From positions 18,910,001 through 18,974,000 of the forward strand of contig NC_043008.1 of NCBI RefSeq assembly GCF_006345805.1: DNA of 64,000 nucleotides. Reading direction: 5' to 3'. The stretch comes from Octopus sinensis. Lineage: Eukaryota. Numbering within the stretch: position 1 is the stretch's first letter; the number at the start of each line of letters is the position of its first letter. A program made the translations under genes and the position numbers. Under the pieces are notes generated by a model. The model did no database searches. It was given only the letters and a program-made list of their open reading frames with translations, and was not told where the DNA came from. Shown here piece by piece: positions 1 to 14,604 of this stretch.

Positions 1-104
1 AGAATATAATATTGTTACTATGATGTGACATAATAACAGTTGGGCTGTGAAAGAGAATGCTGTTGAGGTAGGTATAAGCTTAAAGTGAGTATATATGTAT
101 ATTA

Positions 105-716
105 GTTTCCGGTTTTGTCACAAGGCCAGAATTTTGGGGACGAAGGGGTAAGTCGATTAGATCGACCCCAGTTTGTAACTGGTACATATTTTATCGACTC
201 CGAAAGGATAAAAGACAAAGTGGACCTTGTGGACCTCAGAACATAACGACGGACGAAATGATTCATAGTCATTTTGTCCGGCGTGCAAACGTTTCTTGTT
301 TCTTTCCTGCACACAAGGGACTACACACAGAGGGGGACAAACATGGACAAACAAACGGATTAAGTCGATTATATCGACCCCAGTGCGTAAATGGTCCTTA
401 TTTAATCGACCCCGAAAGGATGAACGGTCAAGTCGACCTCGGCGGAATTTGAACTCAGAACGTAGCGGCAGACGAAATACTTATTTCTTTACTACCCACA
501 AGGGGTTGAAAACAGAGAGGAAAAACAAGGACAGACAAACGGATTAAGCCGATTATATCGACCCCAGTGCGTAACTGGTACTTATTTAATGGACCCCGAA
601 AGGATGAAAGGCAAAATCGACCTCGGCGGAATTTGAACTCAGAACGTAGCGGCAGACGAAATACTGCTAAGCATTTCGCCCGGCGTGCGAACGTTTCTGC
701 CAGCTCGGCGACTTAA
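105..716 (-). mobile_element. tRNA-derived SINE family A, head-to-tail multimer
   Basis: Reverse complement carries the head ggcgagctggcagaaacgtt (A-box-like) and gagttcaaattccgccg (B-box-like), followed by repeated body and tail units. Same family recurs many times in the window. Confidence 0.85.
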
Positions 717-729
717 CATGTGTATATAT

Positions 730-895
730 CAGTTTCAAATTTTGGCACAAGGCCAGCAATTCCACAGAAGCAGGTGAGTTGATTTCATCGGCCCCAGTGC
801 TCACCTGGTACTTGGTTTGAACTCAGAACATAAGACGGGCGAAATGCACCAAAACACTTTTACTGCGTGCTAACACTTCTACCATCGTGTCACCT
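730..895 (-). mobile_element. Older, diverged SINE A-related copy
   Basis: Degenerate match to the SINE A body (gatttcatcggccccagtgctcacctggtac...gaactcagaac). Confidence 0.6.
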
Positions 896-935
896 TAAGA
901 TGTGTATGTTTTAAAGTTACACAAGAGAAAAGAGA

Positions 936-1160
936 TGCGCAGCTTAATAGTTAGGGACATTCGGCTTTCGATCATAAGGCCGTGAGTTCGATTCCCGCCA
1001 GTGGGACGTTATGTCCTTGAATAAGACACTTTAATTCATGTTGTTCCAAGTCCACTCAGCTGGCATAAATGGGTAGTACCTATAATTTCGAACGGTCAGC
1101 CTTGTCACTTACTGTGTCACGCTGAATCTCCCTAAGAACTACATAATAGTAACGCGTGTT
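936..1160 (+). mobile_element. Old tRNA-derived SINE
   Basis: tRNA-like head with gagttcgattccc B box, central gtccttgaataagacac segment, and tail gccttgtcac...gtcacgctgaat shared with the 14137-14521 SINE. Confidence 0.65.
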
Positions 1161-1660
1161 ATTTGTAAACTTCATGACTTCGACTGTTAAATTCAACACA
1201 AAATTACGACAGTTTCTTGTCGTGTGACAATGTATTTGCAACAATGAGACATCGCAATTCATTGAAATCCTGTACAGGAAATAAAATTCGATGGGTAATT
1301 ACTGGTGGGTGTCACTGCAATTTTATATAGAATAATTTCATAAAGCAGAAAGTGAGAATAACGATGGAAGATTTACCAAGCGCAAGCTATAAGTCTGTGT
1401 TAAACAGATCCATCTCATGCAGAATGCATCATTGAATATATGAATGGTTACAGTTATACAGTTATATAATTTAAAATATGCTATAAAAAATTGCGTCGGT
1501 TATAAAATCAGTGCCAATAACTTTTGCGACCTATTAAAAAGCAAAATATCTGTGTGTGTGTTTGTGTGTGTATGTGTGTTTGTGTGTGTGTGTGTATGTG
1601 TGTGTGTGTGTGTGTGTGTGTTTGTGTGTGGTGTGTGTGTGTGTGTGTGGAGTCCAGTGC

Positions 1661-1900
1661 GTTAGTCGTTAGGGTGTTGCACGTATAATCATAAGTTTCT
1701 GGTGTTGATTCCTAGACCGGGTCATGCCTTATGTTCTTCAGAAAAACACCTCTTTTCACGTTGTTGTAGTTCACTCAGCTGGTAAAAGAAAAAGGTGTAA
1801 TCCTGCGACGGACTGGCGTCCCGTCCAGCGGAGATACATACGTCACAGAGTCCTAGAAATCGGCCTTACAAGCCTATCACTTGGAAAGATATAAATTTAT
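1661..1900 (+). mobile_element. Old tRNA-derived SINE with cctgcgacggactggcgtcccgtccag domain
   Basis: tRNA-like head. The central motif is shared with 3210-3240 and 15060-15090 and resembles the V-SINE-type central domain (recalled similarity, not aligned). Confidence 0.6.
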
Positions 1901-3029
1901 ATTTTATATTTTCATATTTATGGAAGGATTTGTATCTATATATGTATGTGTGTATGTGTAGATGTACACGTAAATATATATTTCCAATTATATCAATTTT
2001 ATATATATATCAGAGAATCTGTGTAGGAGTTGAGCAATTGAATGAAATTTCAAGTTTCATTTATTTCTAATTCTTTCAAGATTTCCAAAGTCCTTCATCA
2101 AAACTAGTGCAGCCACTTGAAATTATTCAATGATCTTAAAAGACCCTTTACACACTGTTTACTCGACTCTTTCTACGATGTTTCCTTGCTTCCGGTTACT
2201 GATTTTCACTTTCATCTGAAATTTCTAACCAACTCGACTTTTCGCATTTTCACATTCAGTGAAGATGCGATGTTTGTTGTTATGAGCATTTCAGCATTAC
2301 TCTTCCTTATGGTTATGTAATTTGTGTCAGAAAGTCTATGGACGTTCTCTGTCATATCCACTGATTTGTTGTATCCGCTGATTCATAATATTCTGTGCAT
2401 CCAATAATCCGTGCAACCTTATTAAAGCTAACATCGCTGCGATGAAAGAAATAGAATGTGATGGAAATACCGTTGAAACTAAAGCCGAAGGTGTTGATTG
2501 AAAATATACAGAACCCGGTTGCATGACTTCACTGATTGTTGAACACATAAAGATCCTGTTTACAAAGCATGAACAAATGGGATACCATGACTGCAAAGAT
2601 TTGCTATCTTATAAAACGAAAACGATAATGGCATTTCAGTTAAGATGTGAAATTGATATGGATAGGCAACAGTGTTGTCACCTAAGCAAATGAAGCTAGC
2701 TTCTTACACCCTGAAACAATTAGAGCTAGCCGGATTGCAATTCTTTCCTTTCCATGTACTGCTATGCCCTGCCATCCTGGCGTTATATCTCAAACTCACG
2801 CATGAGTTAAGGCCACGAAACGTTAGCTTATACAATAAGCTTCTAACCATTTTTTAGAAAAGTCTATGTAAAGTTGTAAAGGGAGACAAGTCAAGATGTA
2901 CCATTAATTCTAAACGGATATGTGTAATTCGGCTGTCATTCCAAGTGCTAAAGATAGAAGTCATGCTCCATGAAATCATGCTCTACTATATTAACATAAA
3001 TCTTCATTGTGTAATGTTGTGTAGACACA

Positions 3030-3300
3030 TGACCCAGTGGTTAGAGCAGCGGACTCGCGGTCGAGGGATCACGGGTTCGAATCTCAGACTGAGCGATGTG
3101 TGTGTTTATGGGCGAAAACACCTGAGCTCCATGCGGCTCCGGTAGAAGGTAATGGCGAACTTCTGCTGACAATTTCACCACAACTTTCTCTCACTCTTTC
3201 CTCTCGCAGCTCACCTGCGATGGACCGGCGTCCCGTCCAGGTGGTGAACCTATACGCCAAGGAAACCGGAAAACTGGCCCTTATGAGCTCGAGAAGGAAC
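3030..3300 (+). mobile_element. SINE family C head with V-like tail
   Basis: gacccagtggttagagcagcggactcgcggtcg head, ggttcgaatctc B box, tail acctgcgatggaccggcgtcccgtccag. Confidence 0.75.
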
Positions 3301-4265
3301 AAACAAAACGATGTAGTATGACAATTTGATGCAATGGTCGCATTTGGAATTCATTTACTTCGATTTGCAAGTCCATCGAACAGATTTGATCTGCTTCGTT
3401 TTAGTACTTCCTTTCGCAAGCAGGGAGACCTCGTTAAAAAGTTTACAGCGAATTCAAATGGATCAAGTTTCCCTATCTACTACGGAATACCTTGAAAAAG
3501 TGTCTCCCACTCCGGAATCTTGTTGCCCAAAGCCTTGTGGTAAAAATTTGGGAGAAGACAACTTTAAAATCCCTTCGGCGTGGCTATACTTAATCTTGGG
3601 TGATACACGTAATTCCGTCATTCTGGCCCCTTTGGAGACTTTAACGAAACAGCTTATGTCTCTGGTCAGAGTATCGCATTCTCTCTTCTTCTCACATGTG
3701 TCGGAGACCCTGAAGAGGACCATGTGTGATGCCTTTGCTCCTTTGGCCAAGCAGTAAAAAATAAATCACATAATTTAATTTCTGTTAACACTTTTTCCTG
3801 AATCAAAAGTATTCCAAACAAGAAATTTCAAAATTGAGTCGATTTTAGTGTAAAATTGTACTTTCTGGATGCTTATTTTCAACTTCATGCGTACAACAAT
3901 TTCATATATATACATGAAAATTAATAAGCAACCAGAGGCTTGTCTTGTATTTAATGTTAGAGGCCTCTATAGAAACGTCAGAAGCAGATTATCGCAACCA
4001 AATGTCATTCAAGAACGAGTGAGCATTTTCGCATTTTCAACAGAATGTCATAAGTTACTACAGAAGGATTACCTCGGTGGTTGGTGAAGCCAGAATACAA
4101 AGATAAGTTATTGTGTGACAGAATTAAATGTAAGATGAAGTAGAAGAGAAAAAAAAACAGAAAACGATGCAGGAGGAAAGAAAGAAGAGTTTAACGAAAA
4201 TCGGAGGAAAGAGCAATAGGAGAAAATTTTAAGTGAAGCAAATGTAATTTTTCTCTTGTAGAATA

Positions 4266-4656
4266 TCTTTATATATAAAACTGTAGTTGTGTGAATGTCT
4301 GTCCCCTTCGATTTAGATTCCTAACTACTCCCACATTTTGCGGTGCAGTTTAACCAAAACCGGGTATCTTATAGTCGGGATTCATATCGAGCCCTTCTGG
4401 GTATTAGCACGCGTCTACGATGAGTCTACGATTTTAAAAATAATTTACCATTTTTTCCCATTTTCATGCATATTTTTTTAAAGAGAAGTAACTCTCTAAA
4501 AATGTCTACGATGAGTCAACGATTTAAAAAGAAATTTACCATCATATTTTTTCCATTTTTAATGCATTTGTTTGCTATTTTTTGGCTATAACTCTCTAAA
4601 AATGCTGTATAGTTATTTCCCTTACAAACCCGAGCAACGCCGGGAGATACTGCTAG
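4266..4656 (+). mobile_element. Non-autonomous Helitron
   Basis: Begins TC(tttatatataaaa) and ends CTAG, preceded by the hairpin cccgagcaacgccggg. Inserted between A and T with no TSD; internal ~75-bp tandem repeats. Second copy at 31721-32121. Confidence 0.85.
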
Positions 4657-6104
4657 TTCTAGATAAATTTTAAATAGGGGTAAAACATTATACACTACTC
4701 CACCAGCGAATTTCGTTACTCAGCGTAAATGTAACAATATTATAGTCCTTTCTGACTACAAAACAATGAATACTTTTCCAATATCTCAAAATCTGCTGAT
4801 AAAAACGAACGTATGAATAATCATGAAGAATGTTGTTTTTCAAAGCTGAAATATTTCATCTTATAAAGCGATAAAATAGTATTTCATCTTATAAAACGAC
4901 CAAATAATATTTCGTTTTATAAATTGATAAAACTAATTCTAAGGTTAGCAAACAGTAAATTAGAGAAGTAAAAATATATATATGGTGAAAATAAGTTTGC
5001 ATGTGGGAAAAATGTTTGCTTTCGAGTGTAACTATGACAACAATTCGCGTGATATATGCATTGCAGTGTCTCTTTTCTTATTTCTAGGTTTATATTTTAA
5101 ATGTAATTATCAAAATCTGTAACAGGAAAAGTAAAAAAAAAAACAAAAAAAACAACAAATGACAAACATTATCGTAAACCACATTTGATCTTCTATCTTA
5201 AAGAAAAGTTGGGTTCATTCCAAGAAATTATTTAGTCAGAGAAGTTCTGAGAATTGAAATCATGGGTAGGTTGCGTGTTGGAAAGCTTAAAACCGAAATT
5301 ACTCTAGATATCCGATTAAATTAACTTGCTTATGAAGTTTGTCTACCCCCCACATTTTTCTTCTTCTTTTCCCCTTATATTTGGTGGTCTTAAGACTTAG
5401 AGATTTCCCAAACAGCACGTCGATTTCGAAATGTTGATTTTCTGATCTTCTATTAATGTATTTGTTGTGTTGCTACTGTTGTTGCTGTTGTTATTTTTGT
5501 TATTTTCATTGCTTGGGCTGTTGCTGTTGTTCTTGATGTTGTTGTTATGGTTCTTGATATTGCCGTTTATGCTGCTTCTGATGTGATAATACGTGCTGCC
5601 AATGTCAGTGTTGTTATTACTTCACCAGCAAGTATCATTCATCGTTGCATTATTATCAATGTATGAAATCTGCTACTATTGCCGATGTCCATCGTTTATT
5701 TTCTCTTTACTTCTTCAAAGAGATCTCTCCGTGCTGCTTGAACAAATCATTTCATTTGTTTCTTTTACTTTCTTCCTGCTTTTGATGAAAATATCCGCTA
5801 CGTCATTGGACGGAAGCGAACCTAAACGGTGAGCAGCAAAGCAACCAACATAAATGCTAAATGTTAACTGAAAATTTCATGCACTAAAATACAGATAATC
5901 GTGTTATTCTTTCAAAGGTGAACAAAGGTTATCAAAGGAATTCTGCCGACCTCCTGCTATGGAAAGAGGATTTAGATAATTGTGAGCAACATTAGAACTA
6001 ATTTGGGGAAAAGGAAACAAGATTGGAAGACGAAACAGTCTCAGTCTTAACTCTGACGCCATGTTGTATCAGAGCATATTGTTTTATGTTACTTAAACTA
6101 GTTC

Positions 6105-6355
<251 letters not shown>

Positions 6356-7393
6356 ATGTATGTTCGGTGTACGCCACTGAAGCGGAGATTAAATCAGAAT
6401 CCGAGCATTAAATATAACGTTTTGCGCATCATTGGAAGGTATGCCGCTTGTGGGTTTTTGTCTGAGGGGAAAATCTCATCAAATATGTTAAAAACACGAC
6501 ATCAAAACGAGTCAGGTGAAGTGTGACGAACAGAAGAATGTCATCAGTAGGAAAATTCCAGGCCTTGCCGAAGCTATTCAAACAGGTGTCAAATGTTGGA
6601 AATAATAACACCAGTCGGTCATATCTAAATATTACCTGCACCACATTTCCTAACATTATTTGAAGTAGAATGGCTGAAAAACTTAAGAACTTGAACTGAT
6701 CTTCGAGGTCAAAAGACGTTATACTACAAACGTTTTGTCTCCAAATATCTCATGTTTCAATTTACTTATTAGCGAGGGAATGGGCGTCAGGGATTAACGT
6801 AATACGATTAACGTCTCATTGAGAGAACATATCTTTCTTCTATCAAATGGTATTCATCCAGAAATAAACACTTAAAATGGAGTACAAGCTGCGACGTACT
6901 GGCGTTAATAAAGCTATTTTGTTCAGGGAGTAGTCTTCTATTTTCAATCGCTTAACTCTCTAGTAACCAGATTTCTCTGTCAGACATAAAGCTTATTTAT
7001 TCAGATTAGCTTAAATTAATCATTAATTATTTCATAACGTTGAGATTTGGAAGATGTGATTGAATATTTTTAGAGTAACATTGTATGGGTCGTGTAAGAG
7101 GCCGAATCTAGCCGAATATGGACATAAAACATTGAGAACATTTGGGCCTTATATAACGAGTTTTAAAGTTAAAGGATTAAATAGAGTACAAACAAGCATA
7201 GGCTCCGCTGTAATGAGGCTGAAGTCTAGAGACAGACCCTTAATACTTCTATCGCTTTTGGCACCTATATTTATATCTTACACTTATTGTCACGGTTAAT
7301 GTTTGGCATTGAAATTACATGCTAAATGGGTTTAGAAACTTACCTCTAAACCAAACATAGAGGACTAATAATTTAATATTAATAAGGCTATAA

Positions 7394-7800
7394 GGCGGCG
7401 AGCTGGCAGAAACGTTAGCACGCCAGACGAAATGCTTAGCGGTATTTCGTCTGCCACTACGTTCTGAGTTCAAATTCCACCGAGGTCGACTTTGCCTTTC
7501 ATCCTTTCGAGGTCGATTAAATAAGTACCAGTTACGCACTGGGGTCGATATAATCGACTTAATCCGTTTGCCTGTCCTTGTTTGTCCTCTCTGTGCTTAG
7601 CCCTTTGTAGGTAGTAAAGAAATAGAAATAAGTATTTCATCTGTTTTTACATACTGAGTTCAAATTCAACGGAGGTCGACATTGTCTGTCAGCCTCTCGG
7701 GGTCGATAAATTTAGTACCAGTTGCGTACTGGGGTCGAACTAATCGACTGGCTCCTTCTCCAAAAAGTTAGGTCCTTGTGTCTAGAGTAGAAAAGAATAT
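7394..7800 (+). mobile_element. SINE A: head + tail-X unit + tail-Y unit
   Basis: ggcggcgagctggcagaaacg head. Unit 1 ends gtagtaaagaaatag; unit 2 restarts at gtatttc and ends ccttgtgtctagagtagaaaagaatatt. Confidence 0.88.
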
Positions 7801-7839
7801 TAATACTGCTCAATAAAACATATCAATCCTTAACATACA

Positions 7840-8195
7840 TAGGCGCAGGCGTTGTTGTGTGGTAAAAAGCTTGTTTCCTAGCCAAATGATTAGGGTTCAG
7901 TGCCACTGCGTGGCACCTTGGGCGAGGGTCTTCTACTATATCCTAGGGCTGATGAAAGCCTTGTGAGTGTATTTGTAGACGGAAACTGAAATAAGCCAGT
8001 GGTGCATATATATATATATATCTGAACCCCCTATCATTGTTTGACAACCGATGGTGGTGTGTTTACGACCCTGTTACTAAGTATTAGGCTTACAAAGTCC
8101 TGGGGTCGATTTGTTCGACTAAAACCTTTTTAAGGTGGTGCTCCAGCATGGCTACAGTCAAATGACTGAAACAATTAAAAGAATAAAAGAATATT
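7840..8195 (+). mobile_element. tRNA-derived SINE family B (CORE-like centre)
   Basis: ataggcgcagg head, ggcaccttgggc centre resembling the CORE domain, tail ggtgctccagcatggc...gactgaaac. Confidence 0.8.
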
Positions 8196-8227
8196 CGTGT
8201 ATTTTGTATATATGGAATGGGAATGTG

Positions 8228-8264
8228 TTTGACATTTCGAGCCTACGCTCTTCGACAGAAAAGG
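8228..8264 (-). ncRNA. Variant minimal hammerhead-like motif (CUGUCGA core)
   Basis: RNA: ccuuuu CUGUCGA A GAGC-GUAG-GCUC GAAA UGUC aaac. Homologous copies at 11148-11186 and 58775-58810. Confidence 0.45.
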
Positions 8265-8812
8265 ATGAGAGAGAAAAATACGAGAGAGAGAGAGAGTAAA
8301 AGGGAGTGTATATATGTATTTATGTATATGATCCAGGGATATGAGTGTTGGGCGCGTGTATGCCTCAAGCAGGAGGTGGCTACTATGGAAACAAAAATTG
8401 GACAGTACACGATATCATATAATAACAATGCATTGGTATGGAGAGTTATATACACTTTTCCCCATATCGAAGTCGAAAAATGTTCGATAAGCTGATAGTT
8501 TCTATACTGCTTACTGTTAACCAACAATGCTGATAAAAATGTGGAAAAAACTCCAAATTGAGGGAGTTGAACAGGTAAATTAGAAGCTACACATGGCATA
8601 TCGCCTGAGGAAAGGAACACATGAATGTGATCCACCCACTGTCCATGGATACTATAGACTGTACTGTAATAATCTCAGGGATATACACTATGACCGTAAG
8701 AAATATGTAATTTGTAGAAACACCAGTAGCGATGTATTTAAATATTTATTAATTCCATCCATGGATTATTGTTATTATTATTATTATTATTATTATATTA
8801 TTATTATTATTA

Positions 8813-8846
<34 letters not shown>

Positions 8847-9388
8847 GAGTGAGAGAGCAGTTCATGCCATCAAAGTGACACTGGGGTAAAATATACGAAG
8901 CCCAATATACCCATCATGACTACTCACCTGATAAAGGTACACCAGGCACATGCATCACAACCATATGTGCGCGACATGGTGATCTCATATCAAGATAAAC
9001 AGTACATGACCTTGCAGGTGGGGCCCAGTTAGAATTTTCTTCAGGTTGAGTAGCCCATCCTGCTCAAACGGTCCCTGAATAAGGGTTGCTTAAGGATGTT
9101 GAAAGAACCACCCATGTTTCCAGAGGTGAACTATTCAAACCCCAAAGAATCCCTCTCAACACATGGCTATGATGCTCCCCCACTACTTCTGCTCGTGATC
9201 AGAGATGCACATATCGTCAGCCACTAAGGGACATGCTCAACTGGTTAAGGTCAAACAACTGACAAGCAAATCTGTGGTATTGAGCAGAATATTTGCTGTA
9301 GCCCATCTTTTATACCAAGACAAAACAATGTACATGATAACACTTCCAATCAGTTAAGATCAGAAGCCATGAGAGCCACTGCCTGGTA

Positions 9389-9389
<1 letters not shown>
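8847..9389 (-). mobile_element. ~540-bp non-coding retroposon flanked by (AAT)n on both sides
   Basis: Bounded by (ATT)n at 8768-8846 and 9390-9620. No ORF. A 5'-truncated homologue with the same 3' end lies at 16675-16888. Confidence 0.75.
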
Positions 9390-9620
<231 letters not shown>

Positions 9621-9885
9621 TCTATTTATCACATGTTTTGTTGGAGCTCCTAGTGTCTTGCATGCGTAGCGAGCGGGGTTACTGCCTGCAGCTTACGGTA
9701 CCTTGGTATTCTCTCTTTTCATCTACCTAATACTTTCCTGGTTATTCTCGCCGTGCCAAGGAGGCAAACCTTTTGTAACATTTCTATTGAACACTCTATT
9801 CCAATTTTCTTTATATATTTTTCTTGATTGCCTCTGATACTGTACCCAATGACCCAACAATAATTTGCACCATCTTCTCCTACTT
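9621..9885 (-). mobile_element. 3' end of an R4/Dong-like RLE LINE
   Basis: Encodes KKIGIECSIEMLQKVCLLGTARITRKVLGR*, homologous to 18815-18890 (ECAVELLQKVCLFATARIVRKV). The 3' UTR runs into (AAT)n. Confidence 0.8.
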
Positions 9886-10574
9886 GTGTGTATATATGTG
9901 TATATATGAATGTATAATTAAATTCCATCATTACGATCGGTGCTTCTCAAATAGCAACATGCTCATTAATATAGTTCTCCGATACAAAACGCCAAATGTA
10001 ACCTAAATTCTATACCTTTTGCTAGTAAGTTCGTTCATCTTTCATACCAGAAAGCAATACATATTTCTGGCCGCCACTGATGTTTGTTTATTACATGCGC
10101 AGCACACAATTAAATTTTCTTCTTTACAACGTTTATTCTACAAAATATTCTATGCCCAAATGGATTTCAGTGACAACTCAAATATTTCAGCTATATTGCG
10201 TATGTTGTTAATTGGTACGGAATCCTCCATACCGCGGCATACAATTTCGACTTGACCATAAAATAGCAGTGTTGAAAGTTCCTCTATCCATATTCACTTG
10301 TACGTATTCCGAATGAAAATATAATGAGCGCACTGCTAATTAATTTGGGATGAACTGCCAAACTGCCAAACTTTATACATCTATCTCTGCCTCTTATCAT
10401 TTAAGGAAGCTTGTATGCGATTGACATTTCTCGTTCTATTCTACGATTTTTTTTTGTTTGGTGTTTTGTACCCATATATGCATGTATATATACATATACA
10501 TGTAGGTATGTACATATATGTATGTATATATGCATATGTTTTGATTATTATTTTGTTATTATATATATATATAT

Positions 10575-10613
<39 letters not shown>

Positions 10614-10619
10614 TATTCT

Positions 10620-11055
10620 TTTATTCTTTATTCTTTTATTCGTTGCAATTATTTGAATGCGGCCATGCTGGAACGCCACCTAGGTCAAACAAATTTACAC
10701 CAGGACTTATTCTTTGTAAACCTAGTACTTATTCTACCGGGTTCTTTTGCCGAACCGCTATATTACAGCGATGTAAACACACTAACATAGGTTGATAGGC
10801 GATGGTAGGGGATAAACACAAACACACGAGCACAGATGAATATATACATATGTATATAAATATATATATGTATATAATGTGTGTGTATGTATTTATATAT
10901 GCAACAAGATTCTTTCAGTTTTCGTCTACCAAATCCAATCACAAACTTTGATCAGCCCGAGGCAGAAATGGAAGACACCCGCCCCAGATGCGACACAGTG
11001 GGACTGAACCCGGAGCCATGTGGTCGGGAAGCAATATTCTTACCACACAGCCATA
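10620..11055 (-). mobile_element. SINE family B, diverged
   Basis: Reverse-complement match to the SINE B head, centre and tail. Confidence 0.8.
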
Positions 11056-11147
11056 TATAGTCCAACTTTACCAATACACAAATGATGAAGATAGGGGCAG
11101 GAACAAAAAGCAGATGTACTAGTTTAACGTTCGAAAAAAATGGAAAA

Positions 11148-11186
11148 GTCTTTTACGTTTCGTGCCTACGCTCTTCGACACAAAGG
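11148..11186 (-). ncRNA. Hammerhead-like motif, degenerate copy of the 8228-8264 family
   Basis: RNA: gUGUCGA A GAGC-GUAG-GCAC GAAACGUA AAAGA. Retains the palindromic ACGU stem III and a GUA triplet. Confidence 0.35.
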
Positions 11187-11271
11187 ATTAAGTGGGAAAA
11201 TATGGAGTGAGAACGAAAAGGACGGAGAGAGAAAATTGCGTAGAGTTCATATATATATATATGTATATATA

Positions 11272-11317
<46 letters not shown>

Positions 11318-11654
11318 GTATATATATACATATATATATTTATATATATACATGTATGTATGTATTTATATATATACACATACATACATATATATACATA
11401 TACATATATATACATATATACATACATATATATATATACATATATATAAAATCCACACATGTATATACATATATATATATATCTTTATATATATACATAT
11501 ATATATATATACATATACATGTATATATATATACATATATATATACATATACATATATATATACCTATATATATATATATATATACATACATACATACAT
11601 ACATAAAGTATTAATTTTAAAGTCTATAAATGAATTGTCCTTATAAACATCACC

Positions 11655-11793
11655 ATTATCGCCATCATCATCATCATTGTCGTCGTCGTTGTCGCCGTCA
11701 TCATCATTATTATGTTCATCACATTGTATAATTGTCGACATTGCATTCATCACCCCATCGAACCATCGTCATCATCACCATCATCATCATCAT

Positions 11794-11829
<36 letters not shown>

Positions 11830-11860
11830 GATCATCCTCTTCATCATCATCATCATCATG
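11655..11860. repeat. (ATC)n/(GTC)n microsatellite
   Basis: Direct inspection; source of the poly-His/poly-Asp pseudo-ORFs. Confidence 0.95.
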
Positions 11861-12122
11861 ACCGTCCTTATTATTATGTAATGACGTACACACGGCATAT
11901 TCGAAATATCTCTGCAAACAGTTGGATTTCTCAACGATTTATTTGATGAAGGAAATGCATGTTTATGTTTTCCATTTTTATTTATTTATTATCATTTACT
12001 TTGTGGCGGGGGGGGGGGTAAGCAGGGAATATTCTGAACATTTTGGACATCTAATCTTTGTCTCCTGTAAAGATAAAAAGTTTGTCATTTGGACATTTAT
12101 ATTAATTTTTCTTAAGCATTAT

Positions 12123-12549
12123 TCTTTACTCTTTTTTACTCTCTCTTTTACTCTTTTACTTGTTTCAGTCATTTGACTGCGGCCATGCTGGAGCACCGCC
12201 TTTAGTCGAGTAAATCGACCCCAGGACTTATTCTTTGTAAGCCCAGTACTTATTCTATCGGTCTCTTTTGCCGAACCGCTAAGTGACGGGGACGTAAACA
12301 CACAAGCATCGGTTGTCAAGCAATGCTAGGGGGACAAACACAGACACACAAATAGACACACACATACATATGTATATACATATATACGACAGGCTTCTTT
12401 CAGTTTCCGTCTACCAAATCCGCTCACAAGGCATTGGTCGACTCGGGGCTATAGCAGAAGACACTTGCCCAAGATGCCACGCAGTGGGACTGAACCTGGA
12501 ACCATGTGGTTGGTTAGCAAGCTACTTACCACACAGTCACTCCCGCGCC
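12123..12549 (-). mobile_element. SINE family B, full length
   Basis: Head (RC aggcgcgggagtgactgtgtggtaag), internal (CA)/(TA) tract, tail with (TAAAAGAG)n. Confidence 0.88.
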
Positions 12550-12704
12550 TTTATTTACAAGTATTTTAATATGACTTCTTGTAGGAGCGAAAGTGACAAA
12601 CGGGACAACAACGATTATGCCGAGAAGAATTTTGATAAAAATGCAGAAAAACAAAATCTGAATTTTAGCCAAGAAACACAAAACGTGAAGTAGAAAAATT
12701 GGGG

Positions 12705-12783
12705 AAAAATTTCGAACCTGGGGTCTCATTCCTAAGGTATTTTTCGATTATCGATTATTATTATTATTATTATTATTATTACA

Positions 12784-12881
<98 letters not shown>

Positions 12882-12945
12882 CATTATTATTCAGGTCGCT
12901 GCATAGAATCGAACTCGGAATCTTGGGGTTAGTAATTTTTTTTTT
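12705..12945 (-). mobile_element. Fragment of a composite repeat with internal (AAT)n
   Basis: RC: actaaccccaagattccgagttcgattc...gacctg-(AAT)n-cgaaaaataccttaggaatgag. Has a B-box-like gagttcgattc; family not assignable. Confidence 0.45.
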
Positions 12946-13629
12946 TTAAATTAAGAAAATGGGGATATTGTGACTGGAAGTTTCTTGATCATGGGACTGC
13001 TCATTCGAAATCGAAGCTGGTCACAAACAACGACAGGAACAATGATGACAACAACAACCACAACAACAACAACAACAATACCGAGGAAGTGCGAAAGTTA
13101 TATGGAAATCAAAGGAAAATACTAATAAAATGCAAAGGTCTAATGCCAGGAGGTGACACTTAACACATAAAAGGTGCCAGCCATGTCGACACATGCTCTT
13201 TCTCTCCAGGAATTTTGAACACAAAAATACAGATTTTTTGCTTTTTCTTTACTGATTGAATTTAAAATGATTGATGATCGTTGTGAAATATTCACCAGCA
13301 AAACACATCCATTCGATTGTTTGTCAGCTCAGGGAACAATTGATTCTGCTCCCATTTGAACTGTCAACTCTGTTTTGTCTCTTCCGCCGACAAAAGGTGA
13401 CAGTACGTTCCATTTTTTTTTTTTCGTTTTGTTCTTAATTTTATTTTTATGTGTTTTTGCCTTTGTTTTGCTTTCTTCATTGTCTTTTTGCTTTCATTCT
13501 TCGATTTCTTTCACACACACATACACACGCACATCACGCTGTAAGTATATATATATACGTGTGTGCATGTATATGTATGTGTATCTGTCTGTCTGTATAT
13601 ATGCCCATACACACACACAGATATATATA

Positions 13630-13660
<31 letters not shown>

Positions 13661-13676
13661 ATATTTATATATATAG

Positions 13677-13735
<59 letters not shown>

Positions 13736-14136
13736 TGTGTATGTGTATACACAAATATATGTAGTCAAATAGATAGATGGATGGATGGATAGATGGATGG
13801 ATAGATAGATAGATAGATAGATAGATAGAGTTGTACACACAGACACACACAAACACACATACACACGCATATATACATACATATTTCTCTATAGAATAAA
13901 CATTGACCATAACATAATCTAAATGTAATTGGAACATAAAGTATATAATATCTATAGTTTAAAAATGTGAAGTATACTTGATATATAATATTTAAAATAT
14001 TTATTTAAAGATCCTATATTCATAATCTTACCGCTAAGCATTTCGCCCGGCGTGCTAAAGATACTGCCAGCTCCCCGCCTTAATCGAACAGAAAATAATG
14101 AGAAAACGAAATAGCTTTAGTAATTAATCCGATATG

Positions 14137-14521
14137 TGGAAGCACTCCGTCGTTTACGACGACGAGGGTTCCGGTTGATCCGATCAACGGAACAGCCTGC
14201 TCGTGAAATTAACGTGTAAGTGGCTGAGTACTCCACAGACACGTGTACCCTTAACGTAGTTCTCGGGGATATTCAGCGTGACACAGAGAGTGACAAGGCC
14301 GTCCCCTTGAAATACAGGTACAACAGAAACAGGAAGTAAGAGTGAGAGAAAGTTGTGGTGAAAGAGTACAGCCGGGATCACCACCATCCCCTGCCGGAGC
14401 CTCGTGGAGCTTTAGGTGTTTTCGCTCAATAAACACTCACAACGCCCGGTCTGGGAATCGAAACTGCGATCCTACGACCGCGAGTCCGCTGCCCTAACCA
14501 CTGGGCCATTGCGCCTCCACA
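14137..14521 (-). mobile_element. SINE family C, full length with 11-bp TSD
   Basis: RC head ggaggcgcaatggcccagtggttagggcagcggactcgcgg. TSD aatccgatatg at 14126-14136 and 14522-14532. Confidence 0.92.
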
Positions 14522-14604
14522 AATCCGATATGGAGTGAAGTAATACTAGACGGGGAGTCATTCAACCGAATTACATATCTTTTGCATTGTTGGATTCCAC
14601 AAGA

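Noticed and set aside
2080-2640. Unique, coding-looking stretch with hydrophobic patches (possible receptor pseudogene)
   Set aside because: Every frame is interrupted by stops and I recognise no family motif.
3326-3757. 143-aa plus-strand ORF (and 95-aa antisense ORF) in unique DNA
   Set aside because: No recognisable motif in any frame and no clear splice sites; cannot be supported without BLAST or RNA-seq.
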